Notes under the pieces: generated by a model
Seen by the model: only the letters and a program-made list of their open reading frames with translations
What the model was told of the DNA's origin: nothing
Database searches by the model: none
Program-made: the position numbers and the translations under genes
IMG/VR virus record: IMGVR_UViG_3300009164_004823
Coordinates: 1 to 32,433 of that record
DNA length: 32,433 nucleotides
DNA from: a virus
Taxonomy: Duplodnaviria; Caudoviricetes
Direction: 5' to 3' (one strand)
Shown: piece after piece, positions 1 through 9,491 of the stretch
Position numbering within the stretch: position 1 is the stretch's first letter
Layout of the letters: the number at the start of each line of letters is the position of its first letter

Positions 1-888
1 CCAAGCAATCCAACTGAGTATCAAAGGATTATCAGCAATGCTTGTAACTTGAATGGTCGTAGTGATACACCGAGACATAGTAATCTTTGGCAGGCCGAGC
101 ACAAGGAACTATTCGGGACCAATGGTTACACAATGATTCATAATCAAAGTGGAGACAAAAACGGCCTGCTGTGGAAGAATCGCAAAGAATGGATGGATAC
201 AGTAGAGCGTTTAGAAATTGTTGGCGGCGAACCATTTTACATTCAACAGTGGAACGATATCTGGCAAGAACTAGTTGCCAGCGGCCGCAGTCAAGACATT
301 GATATTTCTATGAGCTCCAATGCTACAATCTTTGCAGGCGAACGTGTTAAATTCCTAAACGATAATTTTAAGAGTGTTGGCCTTGGTTTAAGCATTGACG
401 GTATGGGTAGTATGTATAACTACTTGCGTCATCCTGGTAAGTGGGACGAAGTAAAAGAAAACATACTGGCCTACAGCAAGATGAAACAAGAAGGACTGCT
501 AGATAACACAAATATTTCAGTTAGCCACACAATTGGCTGGCTGAATGCTTGGTACATTCCAGAGTTTACAGCTTGGATTAAAGAAAATACACACGAGTTC
601 CAAATTTGGTACAACCTGATTCATAGTCCAGAACACATGACTATGTGGGCCATACCAGACCGTATTAAAGACATGATTGAAGACAAACTAAAGTCCAGCA
701 GTTTCGGATCTGAAAATCCAGATGTAGTAACGGGCCTGGTAAATCATATGAATAGTGCATTACCTAATACAAAAGATCTAACAAGATTATATACAAAGTT
801 CAGACAACATGACGAAGTACGTGGCGAAGACATACTAGACATATTACCACTTGAGTTTACTGAATGGATGGAACCATTGTTCAAATGA
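1..888 (+). CDS. Radical SAM family protein, 5'-truncated by the window edge; Fe-S motif appears degenerate
   Basis: Frame 1 is open from base 1 (PSNPTEYQRIISNACNLNGRSDTPRHS...). It contains VGGEPF, SSNAT, SIDG and YLRHPGKW, like the neighbouring radical SAM genes. The CxxxCxxC position reads C-N-L-N-G-R-S-D. Confidence 0.8.
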   Translation, partial: PSNPTEYQRIISNACNLNGRSDTPRHSNLWQAEHKELFGTNGYTMIHNQSGDKNGLLWKNRKEWMDTVERLEIVGGEPFYIQQWNDIWQELVASGRSQDIDISMSSNATIFAGERVKFLNDNFKSVGLGLSIDGMGSMYNYLRHPGKWDEVKENILAYSKMKQEGLLDNTNISVSHTIGWLNAWYIPEFTAWIKENTHEFQIWYNLIHSPEHMTMWAIPDRIKDMIEDKLKSSSFGSENPDVVTGLVNHMNSALPNTKDLTRLYTKFRQHDEVRGEDILDILPLEFTEWMEPLFK

Positions 889-964
889 CAAAGAAAATTT
901 TTACAGATGAAGAATGGAATGCAATAAAGAACAACGGAACGTTCTGTCCTGCCCCTTTCTTTTC
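883..964 (+). repeat. 82-nt near-identical direct repeat, copy 1 (copy 2 at 2172..2253)
   Basis: aaatgacaaagaaaatttttacagatg...cccctttcttttc matches the second copy with one synonymous C/T difference. Confidence 0.9.
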
Positions 965-2177
965 CTACTTTGTTGATCCAACTAATAATCTAGGTGCATG
1001 TTGTCAGCATGACACTTCCAGTAAAATAACTACCTTAGAAGAAACATACAATAGTCACAGTTTCAAAGAACTAAGACAGGATTTAGTCAATGGTGTAAAA
1101 AATAAACAATGTAATTCGTGCTGGAAACTGGAGGATATTGGAATAGAATCATATCGTCAAACAATGTTAAGCTGGATGAATGACTGGGAACATTCAGAAG
1201 AGCAGGTCAGAAGTGTAATCGACGATGACGGTAGCATTGATGATCCTGTAATATATTTTATGGATATAAGATTTGATAACACTTGTAATTTGCGCTGTCG
1301 CTCATGCGGCATTAAATTTAGCAGTACTTGGTATCCTGAGGAAAAACTGTATGTGGAACAAACCAACGGGCATGTAATGGCGCATGAGCAATTTATAAAG
1401 GCAAACGTTGCAATTGACGATTTAAAAAAACATCTGACTACTGTAAAAAGAATATACTTTGCTGGCGGCGAGCCATTGATCAATCAACAGCATTATGAAA
1501 TACTAGACTACTTAATTGAAATTGGAAGAACAGACGTAACCTTGTATTACACTACAAATTTCAGTAAGCTAACACATTCTGTTTATGATGTCATTGACTA
1601 TTGGAAAAAATTTAAGGTTGTTTGTGTAGTAGCAAGTTTAGATGGTAGTTATGAACGAGGCGAATATATTCGAAAAAACATCAGTTGGACAAAGGTTGTT
1701 GCTAACAGAGAACGTATGATTGTTGAAGTACCACATGTGAAATTTTTATTAGGTCCAACAATAAGTCTATTGAATGCTTACAATCTGATAGATTTGCACC
1801 GAGAGTGGGTGGAAAAGAAATATATAGGTCCTTACGATCTTAGTATTAACATTCTAACTTTTCCTCTGCAATATCATATTAAAAATTTACCCAGCCACCA
1901 CAAGAAAAAGTTAGAAGAAATATATACAGAACACATTGCGTGGATTAACTCTTTCGACCGTGACTTAAATGACACATCTAGCAATTTTAAATTTTGTATA
2001 AACGGATTTGAAAATGCTATAAAACTATTACAGCAAGACAGTGATTCAAATTGGGCTAAACATTGGGAAAAAAATCAATGGCTAGATCAGCATAGGGATG
2101 AGGACTTCTCTAAAATATTTCCCGAATACATTGATTTGATAGTAAACACACCTAACAATAAAAGTATAAGAAAATGA
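885..2177 (+). CDS. Radical SAM protein with N-terminal twitch/SPASM-like Cys cluster
   Basis: CNLRCRSC, FAGGEP and SLDG motifs; N-terminal FCPAPF..ACC..CNSCW. The ATG at 885 overlaps the upstream stop (ATGA) and matches the paralog start. Confidence 0.9.
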   Translation: MTKKIFTDEEWNAIKNNGTFCPAPFFSYFVDPTNNLGACCQHDTSSKITTLEETYNSHSFKELRQDLVNGVKNKQCNSCWKLEDIGIESYRQTMLSWMNDWEHSEEQVRSVIDDDGSIDDPVIYFMDIRFDNTCNLRCRSCGIKFSSTWYPEEKLYVEQTNGHVMAHEQFIKANVAIDDLKKHLTTVKRIYFAGGEPLINQQHYEILDYLIEIGRTDVTLYYTTNFSKLTHSVYDVIDYWKKFKVVCVVASLDGSYERGEYIRKNISWTKVVANRERMIVEVPHVKFLLGPTISLLNAYNLIDLHREWVEKKYIGPYDLSINILTFPLQYHIKNLPSHHKKKLEEIYTEHIAWINSFDRDLNDTSSNFKFCINGFENAIKLLQQDSDSNWAKHWEKNQWLDQHRDEDFSKIFPEYIDLIVNTPNNKSIRK

Positions 2178-2253
2178 CAAAGAAAATTTTTACAGATGAA
2201 GAATGGAATGCAATAAAGAACAACGGAACGTTTTGTCCTGCCCCTTTCTTTTC
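2172..2253 (+). repeat. 82-nt near-identical direct repeat, copy 2
   Basis: Same sequence as 883..964 with one mismatch. Confidence 0.9.
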
Positions 2254-3529
2254 TTATTACATTGATACAAACAATAAGCTAAGTGCTTGCTGTATACAAA
2301 ATGCTGGCAACAATAAATTTGCCCCAGATATCGTTGCCGGCGTACCACTCAAAGAAACTTACAATCATCAAAACTTTGTAGAAATGCGTCGAGATTTAAG
2401 TGCAGGCGTAAAAAACAAACAATGCGAACGTTGTTGGATGAATGAAGAAATTGATACTCGAAGTATGCGACATGGTATGCTAGAGTGGATGCACGAATGG
2501 AGTGGTGCAGAAGAATACGTTCGTAATGCAATAACAGAAGAACATACAGTTGAAGAGCCAGTTATACATTACATTGATATTAGATTTGATAACACTTGCA
2601 ATTTACGTTGCCGCACATGCTTTTCTCACTATAGTACCAGTTGGTATCCTGAAGAAAAAGAGTATATAACTCAATTTCCAGAAAAGAAATATAAGCTAGC
2701 GCAACCAATACAATTTACCAGTGCTAATGTAACAGTAGATGAACTAAAAGGAAACTTAACAACAGTAAAGCGTATCTATTTTGCCGGCGGCGAACCGCTG
2801 ATTACTCCACAGCATTATGAGATATTGCAATTTCTAATAGACACCGGGCGTACTGATGTTGACCTATACTACAACACAAATTTTAGTAAACTGACACACT
2901 CAAAATTTGATGTTATTGAATACTGGAAGCAATTTAAGAATGTTAGCATTGGTGCCAGCCTAGACGGAAGTCATGAAAAGGGCGAGTACATTAGAAAGAA
3001 CATTAGTTGGGCCAAAGTAGTCGAAAATAGACAGCGTATGATCGATGAAGTGCCACACATACGTTTCTTGTTAAGTCCTACGGTTAGTATTATGAATGTG
3101 TATAACGTATTGGACTTTCATCGCGAATGGGTTGAAAAGAAATATATTGGACCATATGACTTAAATGTAAACTTGTTGTTTGGGCCGCCCGCTTACAATG
3201 TTAAAAGTTTACCAGAGCATCATAAAGAAAAATTGCGAGTGTTATACACTGACCACATTAACTGGGTAAAGAGTTTTAAACCAACATTCGAAAACCGTAA
3301 AAATAAACATTGGTACTATGATGAATTTAGTAGTGTACTCGACCCAGTCTTTTGTATTAATGGATTTGAAAGTGTGCTAAACTTGCTTAACCAAGAACCA
3401 GACCCAGAGTGGAAATTATATTGGGATAAGAACCAATGGTTAGATATGAAACGTGGCGAAGACTTTTACCAGGTATTTCCCGAATTTGAAGACCTGCGAA
3501 ACATTATAGTTGATCATGGACACAATTAA
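2174..3529 (+). CDS. Radical SAM protein with N-terminal twitch-like region; paralog of 885..2177
   Basis: CNLRCRTC, FAGGEP, FCPAPF..ACC..CERCW; ATGA overlap with the upstream stop. Confidence 0.9.
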   Translation: MTKKIFTDEEWNAIKNNGTFCPAPFFSYYIDTNNKLSACCIQNAGNNKFAPDIVAGVPLKETYNHQNFVEMRRDLSAGVKNKQCERCWMNEEIDTRSMRHGMLEWMHEWSGAEEYVRNAITEEHTVEEPVIHYIDIRFDNTCNLRCRTCFSHYSTSWYPEEKEYITQFPEKKYKLAQPIQFTSANVTVDELKGNLTTVKRIYFAGGEPLITPQHYEILQFLIDTGRTDVDLYYNTNFSKLTHSKFDVIEYWKQFKNVSIGASLDGSHEKGEYIRKNISWAKVVENRQRMIDEVPHIRFLLSPTVSIMNVYNVLDFHREWVEKKYIGPYDLNVNLLFGPPAYNVKSLPEHHKEKLRVLYTDHINWVKSFKPTFENRKNKHWYYDEFSSVLDPVFCINGFESVLNLLNQEPDPEWKLYWDKNQWLDMKRGEDFYQVFPEFEDLRNIIVDHGHN

Positions 3530-4763
3530 ACTGCACCAATTGATTAAAGAAACTAGCCCTACGTTTTGTATGGCCAAGTTTCACGAAGCTACCATTTGGT
3601 TATACAATGGTAAGATTGCCAGTTGCCACCATAATCCATTTCATGATGTTGGTAATACAGTTGAGACTTTTTATAACACACCTGTCAAGAGAGAACAGCA
3701 AAGTCGTATGCTCAATGGTGAAAAGCCGGATGCGTGTGGCTATTGCTGGAAACTAGAAGAACAAGGGCTAACAAGCGACCGACACATTAAGAGTGGCAAC
3801 TACCCTGATCATTTAGATGCAGTAGAATATTTTTACCCTGCAACAAACTTTAAACCACGTGTGTTAGAACTTGCGTTTCAAAAGACTTGCAATTTGGGAT
3901 GCTCCTATTGTAATGCTGACTTTAGTAGTCAGTGGTTAAATGATATACGAGTCAACGGAACATACAGCAACATCTTCACAGATACTCGCAAACATTATCA
4001 ACGTCCTGCTGATGAATACAAAGAGTCCCCAGTTGACTTAACATTGTTTTGGTCTTGGCTAGACAGTGTAATTGATAACATAGACATTATTCGCGTTACT
4101 GGCGGAGAGCCGTTGTTGCATGAAGAAACATTTACATTGTTAGATCATGTGCGCTCTAAGAATCCTCTAGTTAAGATTGCTATCAACAGTAACATGTGCC
4201 AAAAACCAACTGTATTAGAACGATTCGTTGAGAAAGTAAAAGGTATTAAAAATGTGTCTATCTATACCAGCAACGAAAGTGCAGGACATGTTGCAGAGAT
4301 ACTACGTGATGGCATGGATTATCAGCAATGGCTTGACAATGTGTTTACGTTAGATCAAGCTGGCCTGGATCACATTTTTATTATGACAACCATCAATGCA
4401 GTAAGCTTACAAAACTTTGATCAGTTCTTACTAGACATGGGCAAACTAAGAACACAAATGCGTACACCTATTACTGTAGATTTTAACTTCTTATCTTATC
4501 CAGAGTTCCAAAATTTTGCTTGCCTGAGTCAGGAAGCACTAGATCATTATTCTGCAAAATATTCAGCATTTATACAAGGTACAGATCACAAACTAAATAT
4601 CACAGAAGTTGCTAATTATCAACGCTTGTTGACCAGATTAAATCAGCCTGTTGCTGAGAACCAAGATAAACTTGCCAAAGACTGCTACAGTTTTTACCAA
4701 CAGTTTGGCCAACGGCGCGGCAAGGATATTAGTAAGCTTGAGTTATTTGAATTTATAGGTTAA
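3516..4763 (+). CDS. Radical SAM protein, N-terminal Cys/His cluster variant
   Basis: CNLGCSYC and TGGEPLL; N-terminal FCMAKF..SCHH..CGYCW. Confidence 0.9.
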   Translation: MDTIKLHQLIKETSPTFCMAKFHEATIWLYNGKIASCHHNPFHDVGNTVETFYNTPVKREQQSRMLNGEKPDACGYCWKLEEQGLTSDRHIKSGNYPDHLDAVEYFYPATNFKPRVLELAFQKTCNLGCSYCNADFSSQWLNDIRVNGTYSNIFTDTRKHYQRPADEYKESPVDLTLFWSWLDSVIDNIDIIRVTGGEPLLHEETFTLLDHVRSKNPLVKIAINSNMCQKPTVLERFVEKVKGIKNVSIYTSNESAGHVAEILRDGMDYQQWLDNVFTLDQAGLDHIFIMTTINAVSLQNFDQFLLDMGKLRTQMRTPITVDFNFLSYPEFQNFACLSQEALDHYSAKYSAFIQGTDHKLNITEVANYQRLLTRLNQPVAENQDKLAKDCYSFYQQFGQRRGKDISKLELFEFIG

Positions 4764-4766
4764 GTT

Positions 4767-5714
4767 ATGGGAATGTTAAACAAGTTTTATGAAATAGACT
4801 TCACAGATGGCACACGTATTGAAACGTTGCGCTACCAAATTGTCGACACCCCAGTTGCAGAGCTATGGTTAGATCGTGTGCGCTGGCATCTTGCATTGCC
4901 TGATTGCCACATTTTTGCTAATCAATGGATAGTTACATTGCCCACATTGGAAAAAGTACAGTCAATGTGGCGCAACATGAAAAAGCTGGTTGATGAAGCA
5001 AACTCTGGACAATACATACAAGTTTCCTATATTGATATGGAGCCTGAGTTTAATCCAAAAGCAGACAACAGAAAAATTTTAAATTATCTACATTTACAAT
5101 TCCATCAATTTGAAGAAGAGCTACGCGGAAAAATTGTTGGATATGATCCACTACAAGAATTAAATGTTGAAATACATCGCATAGAGGCAATGTTGGACAG
5201 GGCACTTGATAACTCTGGACTGATTGCTGGTGATGTCAGTTGTGGATTTTTCTTACATGGTTCCGCTCACACAGCACCAATTAGCGGAACACATACTGTA
5301 CCAATTGACGATATGAGTTTGTATCAGTACTGGCAACACAATACTACCTTTGGCGATCTTTTATTAGGTTATCACACCGTTGGCAAGAACTTAGAACATT
5401 GCTGGCGCGACGGAGATATTGATTTAGTTAAAACAGGTATGTTACGACCTCAACAAACAGTAAGCAACGAAGTAGTATTAGCATTCCGTGGCAACGACGT
5501 GCCCAGTGGAGCCCGGGAGTGGAAAAAAGAAGTTGACGCAATTCAGCAATGGGTCAAGGATAACGACCTAGCGCAGTATGTCGATATGTCACAGCCCTAT
5601 CATAATATATCAGGTAGACCGTTGCTTGGTAGAATAGTAGGCGACTATACCATAGAAGAAATTAATGAAATTTTTGAACTTGGCCGAATTAAAACCGTTA
5701 GACTAATAGAGTGA
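4767..5714 (+). CDS. Hypothetical protein (His-rich motifs LNYLHLQFH, EIHRIE, GYHTVGK)
   Basis: 315-aa ORF tightly coupled within the radical SAM operon; no family recognised. Confidence 0.75.
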   Translation: MGMLNKFYEIDFTDGTRIETLRYQIVDTPVAELWLDRVRWHLALPDCHIFANQWIVTLPTLEKVQSMWRNMKKLVDEANSGQYIQVSYIDMEPEFNPKADNRKILNYLHLQFHQFEEELRGKIVGYDPLQELNVEIHRIEAMLDRALDNSGLIAGDVSCGFFLHGSAHTAPISGTHTVPIDDMSLYQYWQHNTTFGDLLLGYHTVGKNLEHCWRDGDIDLVKTGMLRPQQTVSNEVVLAFRGNDVPSGAREWKKEVDAIQQWVKDNDLAQYVDMSQPYHNISGRPLLGRIVGDYTIEEINEIFELGRIKTVRLIE

Positions 5715-5716
5715 AT

Positions 5717-7108
5717 ATGAAAACAATAGAATTTGGATTATACAATCAGATCAACAATAGATCAGAATCATACCAAGAACACATACGAGGTATTACTAAC
5801 TTTGCAGTCAATTTACAGATTGTTAGTTATAATTGGACAAACAACAAAAATGCCAGTCTTATTGTAGACACAAACGTAGACAGCATACTTGCTAAGGCAG
5901 ACCTAAATAAACCTGATTACGTTTATGTAGTGGCTTATGGTTATCGTAGTTATAACGAACGTCTTGTTACAATGATGATTGATCATGCTGAAGCAAATGG
6001 CTATAGTGTATTGGCGCACATATTAGAAGACAATCCCAAGGACCCATCAAATGGATTTTATTCATTACATAATCAATGTTTTTTAATTAATATGGAACAT
6101 TGGCGTGCCGCAGGAAGTCCAAAATTTGGCGGATATGAAACTACAACAGCAGAACTGCCCTTGGTAGTAAGAAGCAGTAGCAACTTTCACGATGACTACA
6201 CACCATACGAAATCAAGCCAACAGGACAAACACGACAGTACACAGGGCAGTTGCGCGATGGTTGGAATTTAGCTAGCACTATGATTAAACATGGATATTC
6301 AATTGGTAATTTCCCAGACGAGATTCGTAACTTAAAACAACACATATATCCCGAAGTAGGTAACGAGTTAGAACAAGTGTTAGCCGGTGATACATCTGTG
6401 CAAGTAGTTGAGTATAATCAAAAGCGTTACATTGACCTAATGGACTTTAGTGGATTCCAAGGTAGTGTGTATGTGTTTAACACTGATTCAATGCGCCCGG
6501 ACAATATCCCTTATAATAAGAATACCAAATTAGACAGTATCTATTGCGTAGCCGCAGGCTTTAAGCCAATTCAATTAATGAATCAATGTGACTGGGACAG
6601 TAATACACAAATGGTTTATTTTGATTACAGTGATTCCGCATTGGCATTTAAACAATGGCTATTCGAAACATGGGATGGGCGGGATTATCTTGCCGCAGTA
6701 AACAAATACCAAACAGAAATTGATACTGGCTTTAGACCAATTTGGTTTGTAGGCCGTGATTATACACCCGAGTGGAACAAGACTATGGAATACTTTGGTG
6801 GCGAACAAGCTTGGTTAGAACTGTGGGACAAGTATCGTAAATTGCCACATAAGTTTTTAAAAACAAACTTGTACAGTAACTACCAAGACTTGGTTAATGA
6901 TATGAAACAGCATCCGGGAAACAACTTAATTTGGTTTAGCAATAGTTTCTACACTGAAGCAAGTTTAAGACATTTCCGTCCAAGCGAATTAAAAGATTTG
7001 TACGAAAAATTCATTAATGATTTAAAAGCAAATAATAATAGTTTACAAATATGTGGTACTACAGATACAGGAAGTAGTGCTTGGCAACACGTAGGACAAA
7101 TAAAATGA
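5717..7108 (+). CDS. Hypothetical two-domain protein; C-terminal half possibly a Rossmann/SAM-binding-like fold
   Basis: Long ORF (GTG at 5711 is an alternative start). CVAAGFK followed by VYFDYS resembles methyltransferase motif I/II spacing (weak). Confidence 0.7.
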   Translation: MKTIEFGLYNQINNRSESYQEHIRGITNFAVNLQIVSYNWTNNKNASLIVDTNVDSILAKADLNKPDYVYVVAYGYRSYNERLVTMMIDHAEANGYSVLAHILEDNPKDPSNGFYSLHNQCFLINMEHWRAAGSPKFGGYETTTAELPLVVRSSSNFHDDYTPYEIKPTGQTRQYTGQLRDGWNLASTMIKHGYSIGNFPDEIRNLKQHIYPEVGNELEQVLAGDTSVQVVEYNQKRYIDLMDFSGFQGSVYVFNTDSMRPDNIPYNKNTKLDSIYCVAAGFKPIQLMNQCDWDSNTQMVYFDYSDSALAFKQWLFETWDGRDYLAAVNKYQTEIDTGFRPIWFVGRDYTPEWNKTMEYFGGEQAWLELWDKYRKLPHKFLKTNLYSNYQDLVNDMKQHPGNNLIWFSNSFYTEASLRHFRPSELKDLYEKFINDLKANNNSLQICGTTDTGSSAWQHVGQIK

Positions 7109-7848
7109 TTCCACGAGTAATACAAGAGTTCTTTAACGATATTGATAATCCATGGACCATGGATTTTAAAACGCAAGAAATTCCTACATTTGAACACGAA
7201 GGACAATTAGTTGACTGGATTATTAGCCAATCCGGTTGGCCATACTTGCCGCTGATATTGCCCGGTGCGCCATTTGAAACAATGTTAAAAGAAGCATTTG
7301 GCTTGGAAGACTTGTTTGTAATGCATCGTACTACTCCAGGCGAAAATCCCGAGTATGCAAACCTTGGCTGGAAGAGCATTTGCTTACACGGCGAAGCATG
7401 GGACAAGACAGGACACTGGGAAGCATACTCTGATAACGCAGGTAAAACACAAGCAGACATTGTGTACAAGTGGTGCGATGAAATTACAGAACGTTGTCCA
7501 GAAACCACACGTTACTTTCGTGATGTATTTCCTAATCACAATTATCAACGATTGCGTTACATGTGGCTAGACCCACAAGGTTACATACAGCCACATCAAG
7601 ACAGACAAGAACATTTTCTTGGACCTATCAACGTAGCACTAAACAATCCCAAAGGATGTGAGTTTAAAATGGATGGTAAGGGATATGTTCCTTTTAAAGA
7701 AACAGGCAATGCTTGCTTGGTTGACATTGGCAACCATCACTCCGTTTGGAACAACAGTGATACTCCACGAATACACATTATTTCGCATGGTGGTAGCAGA
7801 GGCGATTTCAACCGCATAGTTGTTGACAGCCTCAAGGCATTGCTGTAA
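7105..7848 (+). CDS. Fe(II)/2OG oxygenase, aspartyl/asparaginyl beta-hydroxylase-like
   Basis: IQPHQD (HxD), then HSVWN and PRIHII (distal His and the 2OG-binding Arg); ATGA overlap. Confidence 0.85.
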   Translation: MIPRVIQEFFNDIDNPWTMDFKTQEIPTFEHEGQLVDWIISQSGWPYLPLILPGAPFETMLKEAFGLEDLFVMHRTTPGENPEYANLGWKSICLHGEAWDKTGHWEAYSDNAGKTQADIVYKWCDEITERCPETTRYFRDVFPNHNYQRLRYMWLDPQGYIQPHQDRQEHFLGPINVALNNPKGCEFKMDGKGYVPFKETGNACLVDIGNHHSVWNNSDTPRIHIISHGGSRGDFNRIVVDSLKALL

Positions 7849-7861
7849 TACCTGTATATTA

Positions 7862-7881
7862 ATAAGTATTGTTTTAAAGGA
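7862..7881 (+). repeat. 20-bp direct repeat, copy 1: TAAGTA box plus Shine-Dalgarno
   Basis: ataagtattgttttaaagga, identical at 9464..9483. Confidence 0.9.
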
Positions 7882-7889
7882 GATATCCA

Positions 7890-8003
7890 ATGTTTAAAAA
7901 AATACTAGACTTTATTCTTGGACCATATCGTAGATACCAAGACAAGCGTCGATTAAAAAAGCGCATTGCTGAGCTACGCAAGCGAGATCCATTTATCTAC
8001 TAA
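7890..8003 (+). CDS. 37-aa basic peptide MFKKILDFILGPYRRYQDKRRLKKRIAELRKRDPFIY (not in the ORF track)
   Basis: Strong SD (aaggag) 8 nt upstream. The ORF fills the gap exactly and ends 3 nt before the carbamoyltransferase start. Confidence 0.8.
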   Translation: MFKKILDFILGPYRRYQDKRRLKKRIAELRKRDPFIY

Positions 8004-8006
8004 CAT

Positions 8007-9464
8007 ATGATACTTGGTATTACAGCACAAAATCATGATGCCAGTCTGGCATTAATTGATGGAGATCGGATTGTGTGGGCCGCACATGCAGAACGCTACA
8101 GTAGAGTTAAGAACGATAATCTGCTAAATGCAGACATGTTGGCAGACATGCGGCAGTATGGTGAACCAACCGAACTGGTATGGTTTGAACGGCCCGTACA
8201 AAAAGACCTACGTAGATTGATTTCTGGTCAACGGCCATGGCGGATTGTTCCTGGTGACCAACTACGTGCAGTGGGATTAGATCACTTGCCCGTTAACTAT
8301 GTTGGCCATCATCATAGTCATGCTTCAGCCGGCTATTACACCAGTCCATATGAAGATGCTAGTATCTTAGTCGTAGATGCGATTGGTGAATGGGACACAG
8401 TCAGTATCTGGGAAGCACGTAAAGATAAGATGGTCAATCGTTGGCGTAAGCGTTACCCCAACAGCTTTGGATTATTCTACACAGCAATGACACAATGGCT
8501 TGGCCTAAAGCCCAACGAAGAAGAATATATTCTCATGGGCATGGCCGCTCATGGCACACCTCGGTACGTTGAAGAATTAAGAGAAACATTCTTTAGGAAA
8601 TGGGCACCACCTGATTTTAAACTGCGACATAATTTACATCGTGGTTGTTCTTGGTGGGAGCCATGTGATAGTCCTGCCTCAAAATTTGATATTGCCGCAA
8701 GTGTACAAAAACTTGCAGAAGAATACCTATTAGAAACTGTATTAGTAATCAAAGCAAATACCACAAGTGACAATTTAATTTTCATGGGCGGTGTTGCTCT
8801 CAATTGTGTAGCAAACTCTGTTATTGCAAGAAGCGGCATCTTTAAAAATATTTGGATTATGCCCAACCCCGGCGATTCTGGTAGTGCCATTGGTGCTGTT
8901 GCCGCATACACACAACGCCATTTAAAATGGTCAGGACCTTACTTGGGCACAGATATTAAACAAGATGTAGACATCAAATCACTTGTAGATGACTTAGAAG
9001 CAGGCAAAGTTGTTGCACTGGCAAACGGACGTACAGAGTTTGGCCCAAGAGCTTTAGGCAATAGAAGTTTACTTTGCGACCCTAGAGGTGTAGATGCCAA
9101 GCTGAGAATGAACACTGTCAAGAAGCGCGAACAGTTTAGACCATTTGCGCCAGCAGTATTAGCAGAACATGCCGACACATACTTTGACATGCCGGTCAAG
9201 GACAGTCCTTACATGCAGTTCGTGGCACGTTGCAGGACTCCTGACTTGCTACCAGGTGTTTGCCATGTAGACAATACCAGCAGAGTACAAACAGTAACTG
9301 AACGAGATAATCCTTTGTTTAGAAGTATTCTAGAAGAATGGAACGCTCGCACAGGTTGCCCCATCTTGATGAATACAAGTTTGAATATCAAAGGTGAACC
9401 CCTGGTCAACACTTGGGCAGATGCACTAAGATTTCAAAGCCTACATAATATACCCGTTTATTGA
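8007..9464 (+). CDS. Carbamoyltransferase, NodU/CmcH/TobZ family
   Basis: HDAS, ERYSRVKND, HHHSHA, DAIGE, MGMAAHG, GGVALNC, EFGPRALGNRS, FRPFAP, HVDNTSRVQTV, NTSLN..GEP. Confidence 0.95.
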   Translation: MILGITAQNHDASLALIDGDRIVWAAHAERYSRVKNDNLLNADMLADMRQYGEPTELVWFERPVQKDLRRLISGQRPWRIVPGDQLRAVGLDHLPVNYVGHHHSHASAGYYTSPYEDASILVVDAIGEWDTVSIWEARKDKMVNRWRKRYPNSFGLFYTAMTQWLGLKPNEEEYILMGMAAHGTPRYVEELRETFFRKWAPPDFKLRHNLHRGCSWWEPCDSPASKFDIAASVQKLAEEYLLETVLVIKANTTSDNLIFMGGVALNCVANSVIARSGIFKNIWIMPNPGDSGSAIGAVAAYTQRHLKWSGPYLGTDIKQDVDIKSLVDDLEAGKVVALANGRTEFGPRALGNRSLLCDPRGVDAKLRMNTVKKREQFRPFAPAVLAEHADTYFDMPVKDSPYMQFVARCRTPDLLPGVCHVDNTSRVQTVTERDNPLFRSILEEWNARTGCPILMNTSLNIKGEPLVNTWADALRFQSLHNIPVY

Positions 9465-9483
9465 TAAGTATTGTTTTAAAGGA
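9464..9483 (+). repeat. 20-bp direct repeat, copy 2
   Basis: ataagtattgttttaaagga, identical to 7862..7881. Confidence 0.9.
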
Positions 9484-9491
9484 ATTTTCTA

